From Candidatus Latescibacterota bacterium (GTDB taxonomy: Bacteria; Latescibacterota; UBA2968): a DNA stretch of 64,000 nt. This document shows, piece after piece, positions 20,099 through 30,585 of the stretch (its first letter is position 1; each line of letters begins with the position of its first letter). The translations under genes and the position numbers were made by a program. Under the pieces are notes generated by a model that ran no database searches, was not told where the DNA came from, and was given only the letters and a program-made list of their open reading frames with translations. The DNA is taken from positions 5,024,001 to 5,088,000 of the forward strand of contig OZ242010.1 of NCBI GenBank assembly GCA_965204745.1, given 5' to 3'.

Positions 20099-21343
20099 TC
20101 ATCGCGCAGGCACTTGAATGGACGCATTTGGAAAGACAGCGACTCGGGCATTGGCGGGCAATTTTTCGATCAGTTGATCGAGAAGCGCGTTCCAGTCGCG
20201 GAAGAGAACGCCATCGGGATTGCGTTTGTAAAAATCGTCAACCGGAAAGTGTTCGGACCACATCAGGGTTTGGTGTGGCCCCTCGATCTTTGGCTCGGGG
20301 AGTTCGCGTTGTGGCTGTGTGGCTCTCAGTTTGCAAAATTGCGCGTAGTCCATGTGGTCGAACAATCCGTGGTGGCAAATTCCATCCGTGGCCGGATTGA
20401 TGGCGACTTTGTACGCGTTTTTGAACCGCCGCATTGGCCAGAGTGCCTTGCCGGTTTGAATGGGATCGTAGTCGAGCGGATAGCAGTTGGCGATGACGAG
20501 ATCGGGCTCTGTTTCCGGCGCGTGCGTGCTGTACGTTTCCAATGCGAATCGGGCGCCTGCGCGTTGCGCTTGGATGAAATCCCCGACAAAAACGCCGCTG
20601 ATCTCGCGTTTGCGATTGAGCGTCACATTGACCACCGCATCGAGACCGAGCACGGTTGCAACCGCTTCGGCGGCGTCCCGATTGTCGGGTTCATCGCCTC
20701 GTCGCTCGATGATGGCGTGCCCGCGGCCTTTGTAAAAGGTGTGAAAATAGAACATGGTGGCAAAGCCGGAAACCCCCGGCAAGATGAGCTTGGCACCGCC
20801 GCCAAAGCCCACGGCGCCGTGGGGATACAGGCCGCCAACGCAGAGTTTGACCTCCGCGTCTGCGACGACTCGGTCAATGTAAATGGGCAGGCCGCTGTCC
20901 AAACTGCCCAAGGCGCGCAAGTCCCCGCTCATGAAGTTGTGACACGTCACGTCATACGCACGGGCGACATCGGCCCCCACCTTTTTGTCGATTTCGGCTC
21001 GCGTCAGTGGTCGGTGCGACCCGCCGCCAATGACAAAGCGAATCCGACCTTTGGGAATGCCCGCATCGTGGAGTTCTTTGAGGAGGTATGGGATGAGGTC
21101 CGCCGCCGGTGTGGGACGGCTGAGGTCATCGACCACAATCGCCGCGCTGTTTTTCCCATGCGCGAGTTCTGCAATGCGCGGCGAACCAATCGGGTTGTCA
21201 AACGCATCTCGAATCTGCGCCTCGGTCACGCGAGGGCATGCCACAGGGCCACACATCTCGACGCGCCACCCCTCGGGAAACGCGAGGGTCAGCGCGTCAT
21301 CCCCGGCCCATGCGCGCGTGTGTATCGTGGCGGTATTGCTCAT
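20099..21343 (-). CDS. Lactate racemase (LarA/DUF2088) domain protein
   Basis: NPIGSPRIAELA, DDLSRPTP, GSHRP, PHGAVGFGGGAK. Confidence 0.8.
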   Translation of the reverse strand: MSNTATIHTRAWAGDDALTLAFPEGWRVEMCGPVACPRVTEAQIRDAFDNPIGSPRIAELAHGKNSAAIVVDDLSRPTPAADLIPYLLKELHDAGIPKGRIRFVIGGGSHRPLTRAEIDKKVGADVARAYDVTCHNFMSGDLRALGSLDSGLPIYIDRVVADAEVKLCVGGLYPHGAVGFGGGAKLILPGVSGFATMFYFHTFYKGRGHAIIERRGDEPDNRDAAEAVATVLGLDAVVNVTLNRKREISGVFVGDFIQAQRAGARFALETYSTHAPETEPDLVIANCYPLDYDPIQTGKALWPMRRFKNAYKVAINPATDGICHHGLFDHMDYAQFCKLRATQPQRELPEPKIEGPHQTLMWSEHFPVDDFYKRNPDGVLFRDWNALLDQLIEKLPANARVAVFPNASIQVPAR

Positions 21344-21469
21344 AGCGATCTCCTTTTGGAGGGTGGTCAGTGGTCAACCTAAAAATTTTCAGCTTAGCCC
21401 GTTGGTATTTTACTAACGTCGTGTCTCGCGTGCAAGGAGAACATTTACTCGCGCTTGAACCTGACCGCG

Positions 21470-21660
21470 GCGAGCGGGGGAGGGTGAGTTGGAGGGCGTG
21501 CGGGTGGTTGGAGGGAGCGGCGGTAGGGCTGTGGGGGTAATCCGCGCAATCCCCTAATCCGCGACAATCCGCGATTCAGACACGGCAGGGTGGGGACGGG
21601 CACGCACGGGTGGCAGGGTGGCGAGGCGAGGCACGCACAGGCGGTGAGGCGGGCCGAGCA
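21470..21660 (-). repeat. GTGTCTGAATCGCGGATT-(GGATTACGC)n family; also 35236-35370 and 56882-57160
   Basis: Reverse complement of the copies at 35261 and 56908. Confidence 0.75.
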
Positions 21661-21747
21661 CTAACGCAATTTCCCCTTTTGATACTCCCCGATGTATTGT
21701 ATCTTAACCCGTGAAATGTCGATGCCACCTTCTCATAGGAGAACGCA

Positions 21748-23067
21748 ATGTCCATGACTCGTCTCGTTTTTCTGCTTCTGTTCGCGGCCCCGGCCTGCGC
21801 GCATGAATATCAATATCACCGGGCCGTGGTCGATTCCATGCCCACGCAAATTCCCGACCGCATCGTCCTCAACTGGTCGGGCGATCCGGCCACCACCGCA
21901 TCGGTCACATGGCGCACGGGCACGCGCATCACACGGGCCGAAGGCGAAATCGCAGAAGCCGATGCGTCCGCCAATTTCGTCACATGGGCCAGGCGCGAAA
22001 AAGCGCGCACGGAAAAGTGGATGTACGAGGGCTATGCCGCGCATTTTCACTCGGTCACGTTCAAGAGCCTCAAGCCCAATACCCGCTATGCCTATCGCGT
22101 GGGCAGCGACAAAATTTGGAGTTCGTGGTATCAATTTCGCACGGCCTCGGCACAACCGGACTCGTTCACCTTCATCTACTTTGGCGACGCGCAAAACAAC
22201 TTGCTCGCGCTTTGGGCACGCACCATTCGCACCGCCGTGCTCGACGCGCCCGATGCGGATTTTATCCTCCACGCGGGCGACTTGGTCAACATTCCCAACA
22301 GGGACAGCGAATGGGCAGAATGGTTTGAATCCGGCGATTGGATCCACGCAAAAATCCCCAGCGTCCTCACGCCGGGGAATCACGAATACTACCGCACGGG
22401 AACCAAACGCCGACTTTCCGTGCTGTGGCGTCCGCATTTCACCCTGCCGGAAAACGGGCCAATAGACCTCTTGGAAACGACGTATTACACGGACTATCAG
22501 GGCGCGCGCATCATCTCGCTCAACTCCAACGAACGCATCGAAGAACAGGCCCAGTGGCTGGAACAGGCGCTGAAAGACAATCCCAACCCGTGGACCTTTG
22601 TCACCTTTCACCACCCGGTCTATTCCGCGTCTGCTGGCCGGGACAACAAAGACCTGCGCGAGGCGTGGAAACCCCTCTTCGACAAATACGCCGTGGACCT
22701 AGTGCTACAAGGTCACGACCACACGTATGCCCGCGGACACAACATCGGCAATGGCGTGACCGTGCGCGACTCCACCAAAGGCACGGTCTATGTGGTCTCG
22801 GTCAGCGGCCCCAAACAGTACAAACTCCGAAAAGACCGTTGGATGACCCGCGGCGCGGAAAACACGCAACTCTATCAGGTCATTTCCGTTTCGGGCAACA
22901 CCTTGCACTACCGCGCCATGACCGCAGTTGGCGACCTCTACGATGCGTTCGATTTGATCAAACAACCGGGCAAACCCAACAAACTCATCGAGCGGGGTCC
23001 CGGATCTCCAGAACGCCGATGGGAGAACACGCTCGAAAAGCGAGATGGGGATGATAAGGTTTATTGA
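21748..23067 (+). CDS. Purple acid phosphatase family metallophosphoesterase, secreted
   Basis: GDAQ, HAGDLV, GNHE, HHP, GHDHTY; N-terminal FN3-like domain; signal peptide. Confidence 0.9.
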   Translation: MSMTRLVFLLLFAAPACAHEYQYHRAVVDSMPTQIPDRIVLNWSGDPATTASVTWRTGTRITRAEGEIAEADASANFVTWARREKARTEKWMYEGYAAHFHSVTFKSLKPNTRYAYRVGSDKIWSSWYQFRTASAQPDSFTFIYFGDAQNNLLALWARTIRTAVLDAPDADFILHAGDLVNIPNRDSEWAEWFESGDWIHAKIPSVLTPGNHEYYRTGTKRRLSVLWRPHFTLPENGPIDLLETTYYTDYQGARIISLNSNERIEEQAQWLEQALKDNPNPWTFVTFHHPVYSASAGRDNKDLREAWKPLFDKYAVDLVLQGHDHTYARGHNIGNGVTVRDSTKGTVYVVSVSGPKQYKLRKDRWMTRGAENTQLYQVISVSGNTLHYRAMTAVGDLYDAFDLIKQPGKPNKLIERGPGSPERRWENTLEKRDGDDKVY

Positions 23068-23273
23068 AGGCAGTAGTTAGTCCACCCTGTCCCACCACCC
23101 TTCGGTAAGACGTGAGAGGCAAGACGGGATTTTAGCCACAAAAGGCACAAAAGGCACAAAAGGCACAAAAGGGGTACAACTGGCGATAGCCCGTTCAAAG
23201 GCGGACAGTGACGATGCCCCTCGCCCGAAGAGACAAGACGGGAGAAGGCAACTGCGCCATCTCGCTCAAGTGG

Positions 23274-24059
23274 TCAGGGGTCATCTGCGCCCGTCTGTGG
23301 ATTCAGATCGACAACCACCGGCGCGTGGTCGGATATGGTCATGCCACCTGCGCGGTCGATGTGTGCGGATCGCACGCGGGTTGTAGCGGCGGCATTGCCC
23401 AGCAGGTAGTCGATGCGCCAGCCCCGGTCCAATGCGCGGGCTTGTCCCCGGTTGGACCACCACGAATACGGCCCTTGCACGTCGCCGCAGTGTTCGCGGA
23501 TAAAATCGCGCCAGCCAGAGGCGATGAGGTCGCCCATCCACGCACGTTCATGGGGCAAAAAGCCCGAGTGCTTCTCATTGCTCTTGGCGTAAAAAATGTC
23601 GCGTTCCGTATGCGCGATGTTGAAATCGCCGCCCATGATGGTGGGGACATGTGCGACCAAGCCATCTGCCCAGGCGCGAAAGCGATCCATCCAGCGTTCT
23701 TTGATGCCTTGGCGGTGATCGCCCGATGATCCCGAGGGCAAGTACGCGCTGATGAATTGCATGCCCTGCGTGCTGACGCGCAAGACCCGGCCTTCGGGAT
23801 CCGAGCCACCCGCGCCGCGTTCTTCTTCTGCGATGGGCATACGCGACCACACCGCCGTGCCCGCATAGCCCTTGCGCTCGGCCGGATGCCAGATCACATG
23901 CCACCCTTCGGGGTTGCGATAGCACTTGGGCAGTTGCTCGGGCAAAACGCGAATCTCTTGCAAGAGCAACACATCCGGGTTTAACCCGGCGATATGCTCG
24001 AGAAACCCCTTGCGAAGCGCGGCCCGCAGGCCATTGACATTCCATGTGACAATTCGCAT
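23274..24059 (-). CDS. xth: Exodeoxyribonuclease III / AP endonuclease
   Basis: MRIVTWNVNGLRA, LQE, GDFNIAH, YSWWSNRG, GWRIDY, SDHAP. Confidence 0.95.
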   Translation of the reverse strand: MRIVTWNVNGLRAALRKGFLEHIAGLNPDVLLLQEIRVLPEQLPKCYRNPEGWHVIWHPAERKGYAGTAVWSRMPIAEEERGAGGSDPEGRVLRVSTQGMQFISAYLPSGSSGDHRQGIKERWMDRFRAWADGLVAHVPTIMGGDFNIAHTERDIFYAKSNEKHSGFLPHERAWMGDLIASGWRDFIREHCGDVQGPYSWWSNRGQARALDRGWRIDYLLGNAAATTRVRSAHIDRAGGMTISDHAPVVVDLNPQTGADDP

Positions 24060-24061
24060 CG

Positions 24062-25816
24062 CTACGCCCCACTGTCGCCCACCGCCTCGCACGCCACCAT
24101 TTCCCAGCCGTGAAACACTATCGCCAAGCCGATGAACTGCACCGACGGGTACTGGCGCGCCAAGCGGTCATCCAAGAGATATTGCCGCAACTGTGTGGTC
24201 GCATCCCGAATCGCCGCCGAGACCTGAGTTGGGGATTCGCTCCGCTTGAGGTACTTGAGTTCGATCACGTATCCATAAGGTATATCGGGATACTGGGCGA
24301 TGAGCGGCTCGAGGCAGAGGTCCGCATAGCCCTTGTTGAGTTCGCGCTCGGTGTGAAACACAAAATGCGGGGCCACGGCCAGATAGGCCGCGAGGAATCC
24401 CTGAATCATTTTTTCGCCTTCGAGACAATCGCGCACGCTCGTCTGCGCGGCGATAGTGTCGCGCAAGAACGCGAGTACGGGCTTCCACGCGCCCTCGTAG
24501 GCCATTTCGACCGTGAGGTTGACGAAGGTCACTAGGTTGAGGGAAAACGTTCCCACATCCCGGTACGCGTCTCGCAAGTACCCGTACATCAGCCGCTTGA
24601 CCGTCTGGTTGGGGATGCCCAACCGAGGCACGCCGCGCGACACCTCCCGAATGCTGAGCAAGCCGAAGTAGTACAACAAGGAGAGAAAATTCTCGGGCTG
24701 ATCCAAGTGCTCTAAGGGAAAACTCATTGCGATATTGCTGGACGCGACGCCCTCGCCGATGATGTTTCGCAGCAAATCGAAGTTCCCATTGAGTTGCCGG
24801 TTGACCACCAATAAGTGGCGCAACTTGCCGTAGTCAATCCGGACATTGGTATCGATCAATTCGTCTGGCATGGGCTTGTTCGGCAGGGCGTGATCCAAAA
24901 AATAGAGCACCATATCCGTATTGTAGAGATCGCCCTCGGCACCCTTGGCGAACCGATAGCCATTGTACCACTCTCGCATGACCGCCAGCGCGGCGTCGAT
25001 GTCTTGATTGAACGCGCCGCATGCACGGTACATCTCCAGCAGATCTCGCACCTCCGGCTCGGTAAAGCCGAGCATCTCGTTAAACGCGAGGTCCAAACTG
25101 ATATTCTTGCCGATGTTGAACCCGCTGGTGACATCGTCCATCGTGATCGGCGACACGCCCGTGATGAACAGTCTCTCCAACCCGCCCCCGCTACGTCCTG
25201 TGCCGGCCTTGAGCGTGGCGAAGAAATTGCGGTAAAAGCCCCCGCCGTGCGTGAAGGATTGATACGCCTCGGCACCGCGATAGGCCAGCACGGTATTGGC
25301 GAAATTGTCGTATTCGTCAATGAGCGCGTACAACGGGATGCCGTGATCGCCGACATACGCGAACAGCGCAGAGAGCTTCCCGTTGATGGAGGCCGGCGCG
25401 AGGATGCGTTGGATCACCGCTTGGGGAAACAGATCGCGATTCCGTTCCAGCGCGTGGTAGAGTTCCAAGGTGCAATACTCTTCAAAGTTTTGTTCCAAGG
25501 TCTCCAACGCGTCGTTGAACGTCGAAAAGTCAAAGCGCAGAATGACGTAGCGGTGGCGGTTCTCCGTCGGATGTCGTCCAATATCTGTGCCGTCGAAGAT
25601 GGCCTCAAATTCATCGGCCCTAGTGCGGTCGTAATAGTTCTCCAACACGGACACCCAGCACGACTTGCCAAAGCGACGCGGCCGAATCAGAAAGGCATAG
25701 CGTTCCGCTTCCAACGCATGGAGAAAGCGCGTCTTGTCAACATAGAGTCGCTTTTCCAAGCGGATGGCTCTAAAATCCGCCCATCCGTAGGGAATGCGAG
25801 GATAGGATAGGGACAT
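24062..25816 (-). CDS. AAA-ATPase-like + PD-(D/E)XK nuclease protein, copy 1
   Basis: YVDKT, RPRRFGKS (Walker A), IDEYD, FITGVSP, WYNGY, IPN; E...GYAD...IELK. Confidence 0.92.
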   Translation of the reverse strand: MSLSYPRIPYGWADFRAIRLEKRLYVDKTRFLHALEAERYAFLIRPRRFGKSCWVSVLENYYDRTRADEFEAIFDGTDIGRHPTENRHRYVILRFDFSTFNDALETLEQNFEEYCTLELYHALERNRDLFPQAVIQRILAPASINGKLSALFAYVGDHGIPLYALIDEYDNFANTVLAYRGAEAYQSFTHGGGFYRNFFATLKAGTGRSGGGLERLFITGVSPITMDDVTSGFNIGKNISLDLAFNEMLGFTEPEVRDLLEMYRACGAFNQDIDAALAVMREWYNGYRFAKGAEGDLYNTDMVLYFLDHALPNKPMPDELIDTNVRIDYGKLRHLLVVNRQLNGNFDLLRNIIGEGVASSNIAMSFPLEHLDQPENFLSLLYYFGLLSIREVSRGVPRLGIPNQTVKRLMYGYLRDAYRDVGTFSLNLVTFVNLTVEMAYEGAWKPVLAFLRDTIAAQTSVRDCLEGEKMIQGFLAAYLAVAPHFVFHTERELNKGYADLCLEPLIAQYPDIPYGYVIELKYLKRSESPTQVSAAIRDATTQLRQYLLDDRLARQYPSVQFIGLAIVFHGWEMVACEAVGDSGA

Positions 25817-25933
25817 GGCGTCCTCCAAAATTTGCACAATATCCACAACGACCTTTGCTATGGGAATTCTGTGGACGAGGAGAAGGCAGGATACGGACAA
25901 CCTAAAATCAAATTGATATGACAATTCGCATCG

Positions 25934-27694
25934 CTACGCCCCACGGTCGTCCACCGCCTCGTACGCCACCATTTCCCAGCCGTGAAACACTATCGCCAAG
26001 CCGACGTGCCGCACTGAAGGGTAGCGACGTTGCAAGGACTGATCCGCCAAGTACCCGCGCAACTGATGCACGGCCTCCCGCATCTTTGCCGCAACTGTGG
26101 ATTCGCTCAGGGACTCGGATCGCTTCAGATACTTCAGTTCAAGAACATAGCCCCAACGCATATCGGGGTGGTGCGCGACGAACGGCTCCAAGTAGATATC
26201 CGCGTAACCTCGGTTCAGTTCGTGCTCCGAGTGGAGCAGAAAATACTGGTACAAACTGAAGTAAGCCGCGACAAACCCGTGAACCACCTTCTCGCCATCC
26301 ATGTAGTCGCGGATGCCGGTCTGCTCGGCCAAGGCGTCACTTAGGAAATCCAAGGCCGGTTGCCAAGCCCCTCGGAAGGCCATCTCGTGGATCAGGCGGG
26401 AAAACGCGTACGCGCTGACGGAAAACACCCCCACATCGTAGTACGCGTCTCGCAGGTAGCTATACATCAACCGCTTGACCGTCTGGTTGGGAATGCCCAG
26501 CCGGGGCGTCCCTTCCAACACATCCCGAATGCTGAGCAAGCCGAAGTAGTACAACAAGGAGAGAAAGTTCTCGGGCTGATCCAAGTGCTCTAAGGGAAAA
26601 CTCATTGCGATATTGCTGGACGCCACGCCCTCGCCGATGATGTTTCGCAACAAATCGAAGTTCCCATTGAGTTGCCGGTTGACCACCAATAAGTGGCGCA
26701 ACTTGCCGTAGTCAATCCGGACATTGGTATCGATCAATTCATCTGGCATGGGCTTGTTCGGCAGGGCGTGATCCAAAAAATAGAGCACCATATCCGTGTT
26801 GTAGAGATCGCCCTCGGCACCCTTGGCGAACCGATAGCCATTGTACCACTCCCGCATAACGGCCAGCGCGGCATCTATGTCTTGATTGAACGCGCCGCAC
26901 GCACGGTACATCTCCAGCAGATCTCGCACCTCCGGCTCGGTAAAGCCGAGCATCTCGTTAAACGCGAGGTCCAAACTGATATTCTTGCCGATGTTGAACC
27001 CGCTGGTGACATCGTCCATCGTGATCGGCGACACGCCCGTGATGAACAATCTCTCCAACCCGCCTCCGCTACGTCCTGTGCCGGCCTTGAGCGTGGCGAA
27101 GAAATTGCGGTAAAAGCCCCCGCCGTGCGTGAAGGATTGATACGCCTCGGCACCGCGATAGGCCAGCACAGTGTTGGCGAAATTGTCGTATTCGTCAATG
27201 AGCGCGTACAACGGAATGCCGTGATCGCCGACATACGTGAACAGCGCGGCGAGCTTGGTGTGAATGGAGGGTTGCGAGAGGATGCGCTGTCTAACTTTTT
27301 CCGGGAACAAATCCCGGTTGCGCTCCAAGGCAGCTCGAAGTTCCAAGTGACAATAGGCTTCAAATTCCCGCTCCAAGGTCTCCAACGCGTCGTTAAACGT
27401 CGAAAAGTCAAAGCGCAGAATGACATAGCGGTGGCGGTTCTCCGTCGGCTGTCGTCCAATGTCTGTGCCGTCGAAGATGGCCTCAAATTCATCGGCCCTT
27501 GTGCGGTCATAATAGTTCTCCAACACGGACACCCAGCACGACTTGCCGAAGCGACGCGGCCGAATCAGAAAGGCATAGCGTTCCGCTTCCAACGCATGGA
27601 GAAACCGGGTCTTGTCAACATAGAGTCGCTTTTCCAAGCGGATGGCTCTAAAATCCGCCCATCCGTAGGGAATGCGGGGATAGGATAGGGACAT
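25934..27694 (-). CDS. AAA-ATPase-like + PD-(D/E)XK nuclease protein, copy 2
   Basis: Same motifs; GYADIYLEP...VLELK. Confidence 0.92.
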   Translation of the reverse strand: MSLSYPRIPYGWADFRAIRLEKRLYVDKTRFLHALEAERYAFLIRPRRFGKSCWVSVLENYYDRTRADEFEAIFDGTDIGRQPTENRHRYVILRFDFSTFNDALETLEREFEAYCHLELRAALERNRDLFPEKVRQRILSQPSIHTKLAALFTYVGDHGIPLYALIDEYDNFANTVLAYRGAEAYQSFTHGGGFYRNFFATLKAGTGRSGGGLERLFITGVSPITMDDVTSGFNIGKNISLDLAFNEMLGFTEPEVRDLLEMYRACGAFNQDIDAALAVMREWYNGYRFAKGAEGDLYNTDMVLYFLDHALPNKPMPDELIDTNVRIDYGKLRHLLVVNRQLNGNFDLLRNIIGEGVASSNIAMSFPLEHLDQPENFLSLLYYFGLLSIRDVLEGTPRLGIPNQTVKRLMYSYLRDAYYDVGVFSVSAYAFSRLIHEMAFRGAWQPALDFLSDALAEQTGIRDYMDGEKVVHGFVAAYFSLYQYFLLHSEHELNRGYADIYLEPFVAHHPDMRWGYVLELKYLKRSESLSESTVAAKMREAVHQLRGYLADQSLQRRYPSVRHVGLAIVFHGWEMVAYEAVDDRGA

Positions 27695-27811
27695 GGCGTC
27701 CTCCAAAATTTGCACAATATCCACAACGACCTTTGCTATGGGGATTCTGCGGACGAGGAGAAGGCAGGATACGGACAACCTAAAATCTAATTGGTATGAC
27801 AATTCGCATCG

Positions 27812-29572
27812 CTACGCCCCACGGTCGTCCACCGCCTCGTACGCCACCATTTCCCAGCCGTGAAACACTATCGCCAAGCCGACGTGCCGCACCGAAGGGT
27901 AGCGACGTTGCAAGGACTGATCCGCCAAGTACCCGCGCAACTGATGCACGGCCTCCCGCATCTTTGCCGCAACTGTGGATTCGCTCAGGGACTCGGATCG
28001 CTTCAGATACTTCAGTTCAAGAACATAGCCCCAACGCATGTCGGGGTAGTGCGCGACGAACGGCTCCAAGTAGATATCCGCGTAACCTCGGTTCAGTTCG
28101 TGCTCCGAGTGGAGCAGAAAATACTGGTACAAACTGAAGTAAGCCGCGACAAACCCGTGAACCACCTTCTCGCCATCCATGTAGTCGCGGATGCCGGTCT
28201 GCTCGGCCAAGGCGTCACTCAGGAAATCCAAGGCCGGTTGCCAAGCCCCTCGGAAGGCCATCTCGTGGATCAGGCGGGAAAACGCGTACGCGCTGACGGA
28301 AAACACCCCCACATCGTAGTACGCGTCTCGCAAGTAGCTATACATCAGCCGCTTGACCGTCTGGTTGGGAATGCCCAGCCGGGGCGTCCCTTCCAGCACA
28401 TCCCGAATGCTGAGCAAGCCGAAGTAGTACAATAGGGAGAGAAAATTCTCGGGCTGATCCAAGTGCTCTAAGGGAAAACTCATTGCGATATTGCTGGACG
28501 CCACGCCCTCGCCGATAATGTTTCGCAACAAATCGAAGTTCCCATTGAGTTGCCGGTTGACCACCAATAAGTGGCGCAACTTGCCGTAGTCAATCCGGAC
28601 ATTGGTATCGATCAATTCGTCTGGCATGGGCTTGTTCGGCAGGGCGTGATCCAAAAAATAGAGCACCATATCCGTGTTGTAGAGATCGCCCTCGGCACCC
28701 TTGGCGAACCGATAGCCATTGTACCATTCCCGCATGACGGCCAGCGCGGCGTCTATGTCCTGATTGAACGCGCCACACGCACGGTACATCTCCAACAGAT
28801 CTCGCACCTCAGACTCGGTAAAGCCGAGCATCTCGTTGAACGCGAGGTCCAAACTGATATTCTTGCCGATGTTGAACCCGCTGGTGACATCGTCCATCGT
28901 GATCGGCGATACCCCCGTGATGAACAATCTCTCCAAACCGCCTCCGCTACGTCCTGTCCCGGCCTTGAGCGTGGCGAAGAAATTGCGGTAAAAGCCCCCG
29001 CCGTGCGTGAAGGATTGATACGCCTCGGCACCGCGATAGGCCAGCACGGTATTGGCGAAATTGTCGTATTCGTCAATGAGCGCGTACAACGGGATGCCGT
29101 GATCGCCGACATACGCGAACAGCGCAGAGAGCTTCCCGTTGATGGAGGCCGGCGCGAGGATGCGTTGGATCACCGCTTGGGGAAACAGATCGCGATTCCG
29201 TTCCAGCGCGTGGTAGAGTTCCAAGGTGCAATACTCTTCAAAGTTTTGTTCCAAGGTCTCCAACGCGTCGTTGAACGTCGAAAAGTCAAAGCGCAAGATG
29301 ACGTAGCGGTGGCGGTTCTCCGTCGGATGCCGACCGATATCTGTGCCGTCGAAGATGGCCTCAAATTCATCGGCCCTTGTGCGGTCATAATAGTTCTCCA
29401 ACACGGACACCCAGCACGACTTGCCGAAGCGACGCGGGCGAATCAGAAAGGCATAGCGTTCCGCTTCCAACGCATGGAGAAAGCGCGTCTTGTCAACATA
29501 GAGTCGCTTTTCCAAGCGGATGGCTCTAAAATCCGCCCATCCGTAGGGAATGCGGGGATAGGATAGGGACAT
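27812..29572 (-). CDS. AAA-ATPase-like + PD-(D/E)XK nuclease protein, copy 3
   Basis: Same motifs; GGAGG RBS. Confidence 0.92.
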   Translation of the reverse strand: MSLSYPRIPYGWADFRAIRLEKRLYVDKTRFLHALEAERYAFLIRPRRFGKSCWVSVLENYYDRTRADEFEAIFDGTDIGRHPTENRHRYVILRFDFSTFNDALETLEQNFEEYCTLELYHALERNRDLFPQAVIQRILAPASINGKLSALFAYVGDHGIPLYALIDEYDNFANTVLAYRGAEAYQSFTHGGGFYRNFFATLKAGTGRSGGGLERLFITGVSPITMDDVTSGFNIGKNISLDLAFNEMLGFTESEVRDLLEMYRACGAFNQDIDAALAVMREWYNGYRFAKGAEGDLYNTDMVLYFLDHALPNKPMPDELIDTNVRIDYGKLRHLLVVNRQLNGNFDLLRNIIGEGVASSNIAMSFPLEHLDQPENFLSLLYYFGLLSIRDVLEGTPRLGIPNQTVKRLMYSYLRDAYYDVGVFSVSAYAFSRLIHEMAFRGAWQPALDFLSDALAEQTGIRDYMDGEKVVHGFVAAYFSLYQYFLLHSEHELNRGYADIYLEPFVAHYPDMRWGYVLELKYLKRSESLSESTVAAKMREAVHQLRGYLADQSLQRRYPSVRHVGLAIVFHGWEMVAYEAVDDRGA

Positions 29573-29617
29573 GGCGACCTCCAAAATTTGCACAATATCC
29601 ACAACGACCTTCCTTTG

Positions 29618-30508
29618 CTATGGGGATTCTCTTGCTGGCAGGGGGAGTGCGCGGATGATGGGCCGCATGTGGGTGGATTTGTTGAGCACGTAAAAGTGGA
29701 TGCCCGGCGCGCCTTGCTCGAGCAATTCGGTTGCTTGGGCAATGCACTGATCGATGCCGATTTGCACGGCGTCTTCTTCGGTGGCGCGGTTGAGTTGATC
29801 CTGCAAGGGCGTGGGAATCTCTGCGCCGCACAGGGACGCGATGCGCTGAATCTGCCCTGCGGCGAGAATGGGCATCAACCCCGGCACGATGGGCGCGTCG
29901 ATCCCGGCAGCGCGCACGCGATCCACAAACCGAAAAAAGTGATCGTTGTTGTAAAACAGTTGCGTAATGACAATGTCGCCACCGGATTCGACTTTGCGCT
30001 TGAGGTTTGCGATATCCGTCTCAAAATCCGGGGCTTCGAGGTGTTTTTCCGGATACCCCGCAACAGCGAGGCCAAACGCATCGTCTTTGGGTTCAATGTT
30101 GCGAATGTGCGCCACGAGTTCATTGCCGTGTGCAAACCCGTCTTGGGGAGGCACAAACACATCCTCGCCACGCGGCGGGTCTCCGCGAAGCGCGACGATA
30201 TTGCGGATGCCCGTTGCGCGAATGGCTTTCAAAATCCCGTCAATATCCCTCCGCGACGACCCCACGCAGGTGAGATGACACGCCGCGGTCAGCCCAAATT
30301 CGTTCTGAATCAGCGAGGCAATTTCCAGGGTCTTGGCGCGGGTCGATCCGCCCGCACCGTACGTCACGGTCATGTAACTCGGCTTGAGTTTGTGCAAATT
30401 GGGCACGACCCGCGTCTTGAGGGCGCGCATCCCGCTCTGGGTCTGGGGCGGATAGAGTTCAAAGGAGAGAACGGGTTTGTCGCTGTTGAAGTAGTCTAAA
30501 AATCGCAT
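29618..30508 (-). CDS. metF: 5,10-methylenetetrahydrofolate reductase
   Basis: SFELYPP, VTYGAGGS, HLTC, ALRGDPP, AGYPEKH, ITQLF, IHFYVLN. Confidence 0.95.
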   Translation of the reverse strand: MRFLDYFNSDKPVLSFELYPPQTQSGMRALKTRVVPNLHKLKPSYMTVTYGAGGSTRAKTLEIASLIQNEFGLTAACHLTCVGSSRRDIDGILKAIRATGIRNIVALRGDPPRGEDVFVPPQDGFAHGNELVAHIRNIEPKDDAFGLAVAGYPEKHLEAPDFETDIANLKRKVESGGDIVITQLFYNNDHFFRFVDRVRAAGIDAPIVPGLMPILAAGQIQRIASLCGAEIPTPLQDQLNRATEEDAVQIGIDQCIAQATELLEQGAPGIHFYVLNKSTHMRPIIRALPLPARESP

Positions 30509-30549
30509 GGAAAAAGGGAATGGAGATTGGAGACTGGGGCGGGCAGGGA

Positions 30550-30577
30550 CTGACCACTGACCACTGACCACTGACCG
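30550..30577 (-). repeat. (CAGTGGT)n heptamer tract between ahcY and metF; also 6163-6180, 34115-34146, 41332-41356, 43691-43785
   Basis: actgaccactgaccactgaccactgacc. Confidence 0.85.
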
Positions 30578-30585
30578 CTTCATCC

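Noticed and set aside
24062-29572. Diversity-generating retroelement
   Set aside because: No reverse transcriptase in the window; differences are block-wise or synonymous, not adenine-specific.
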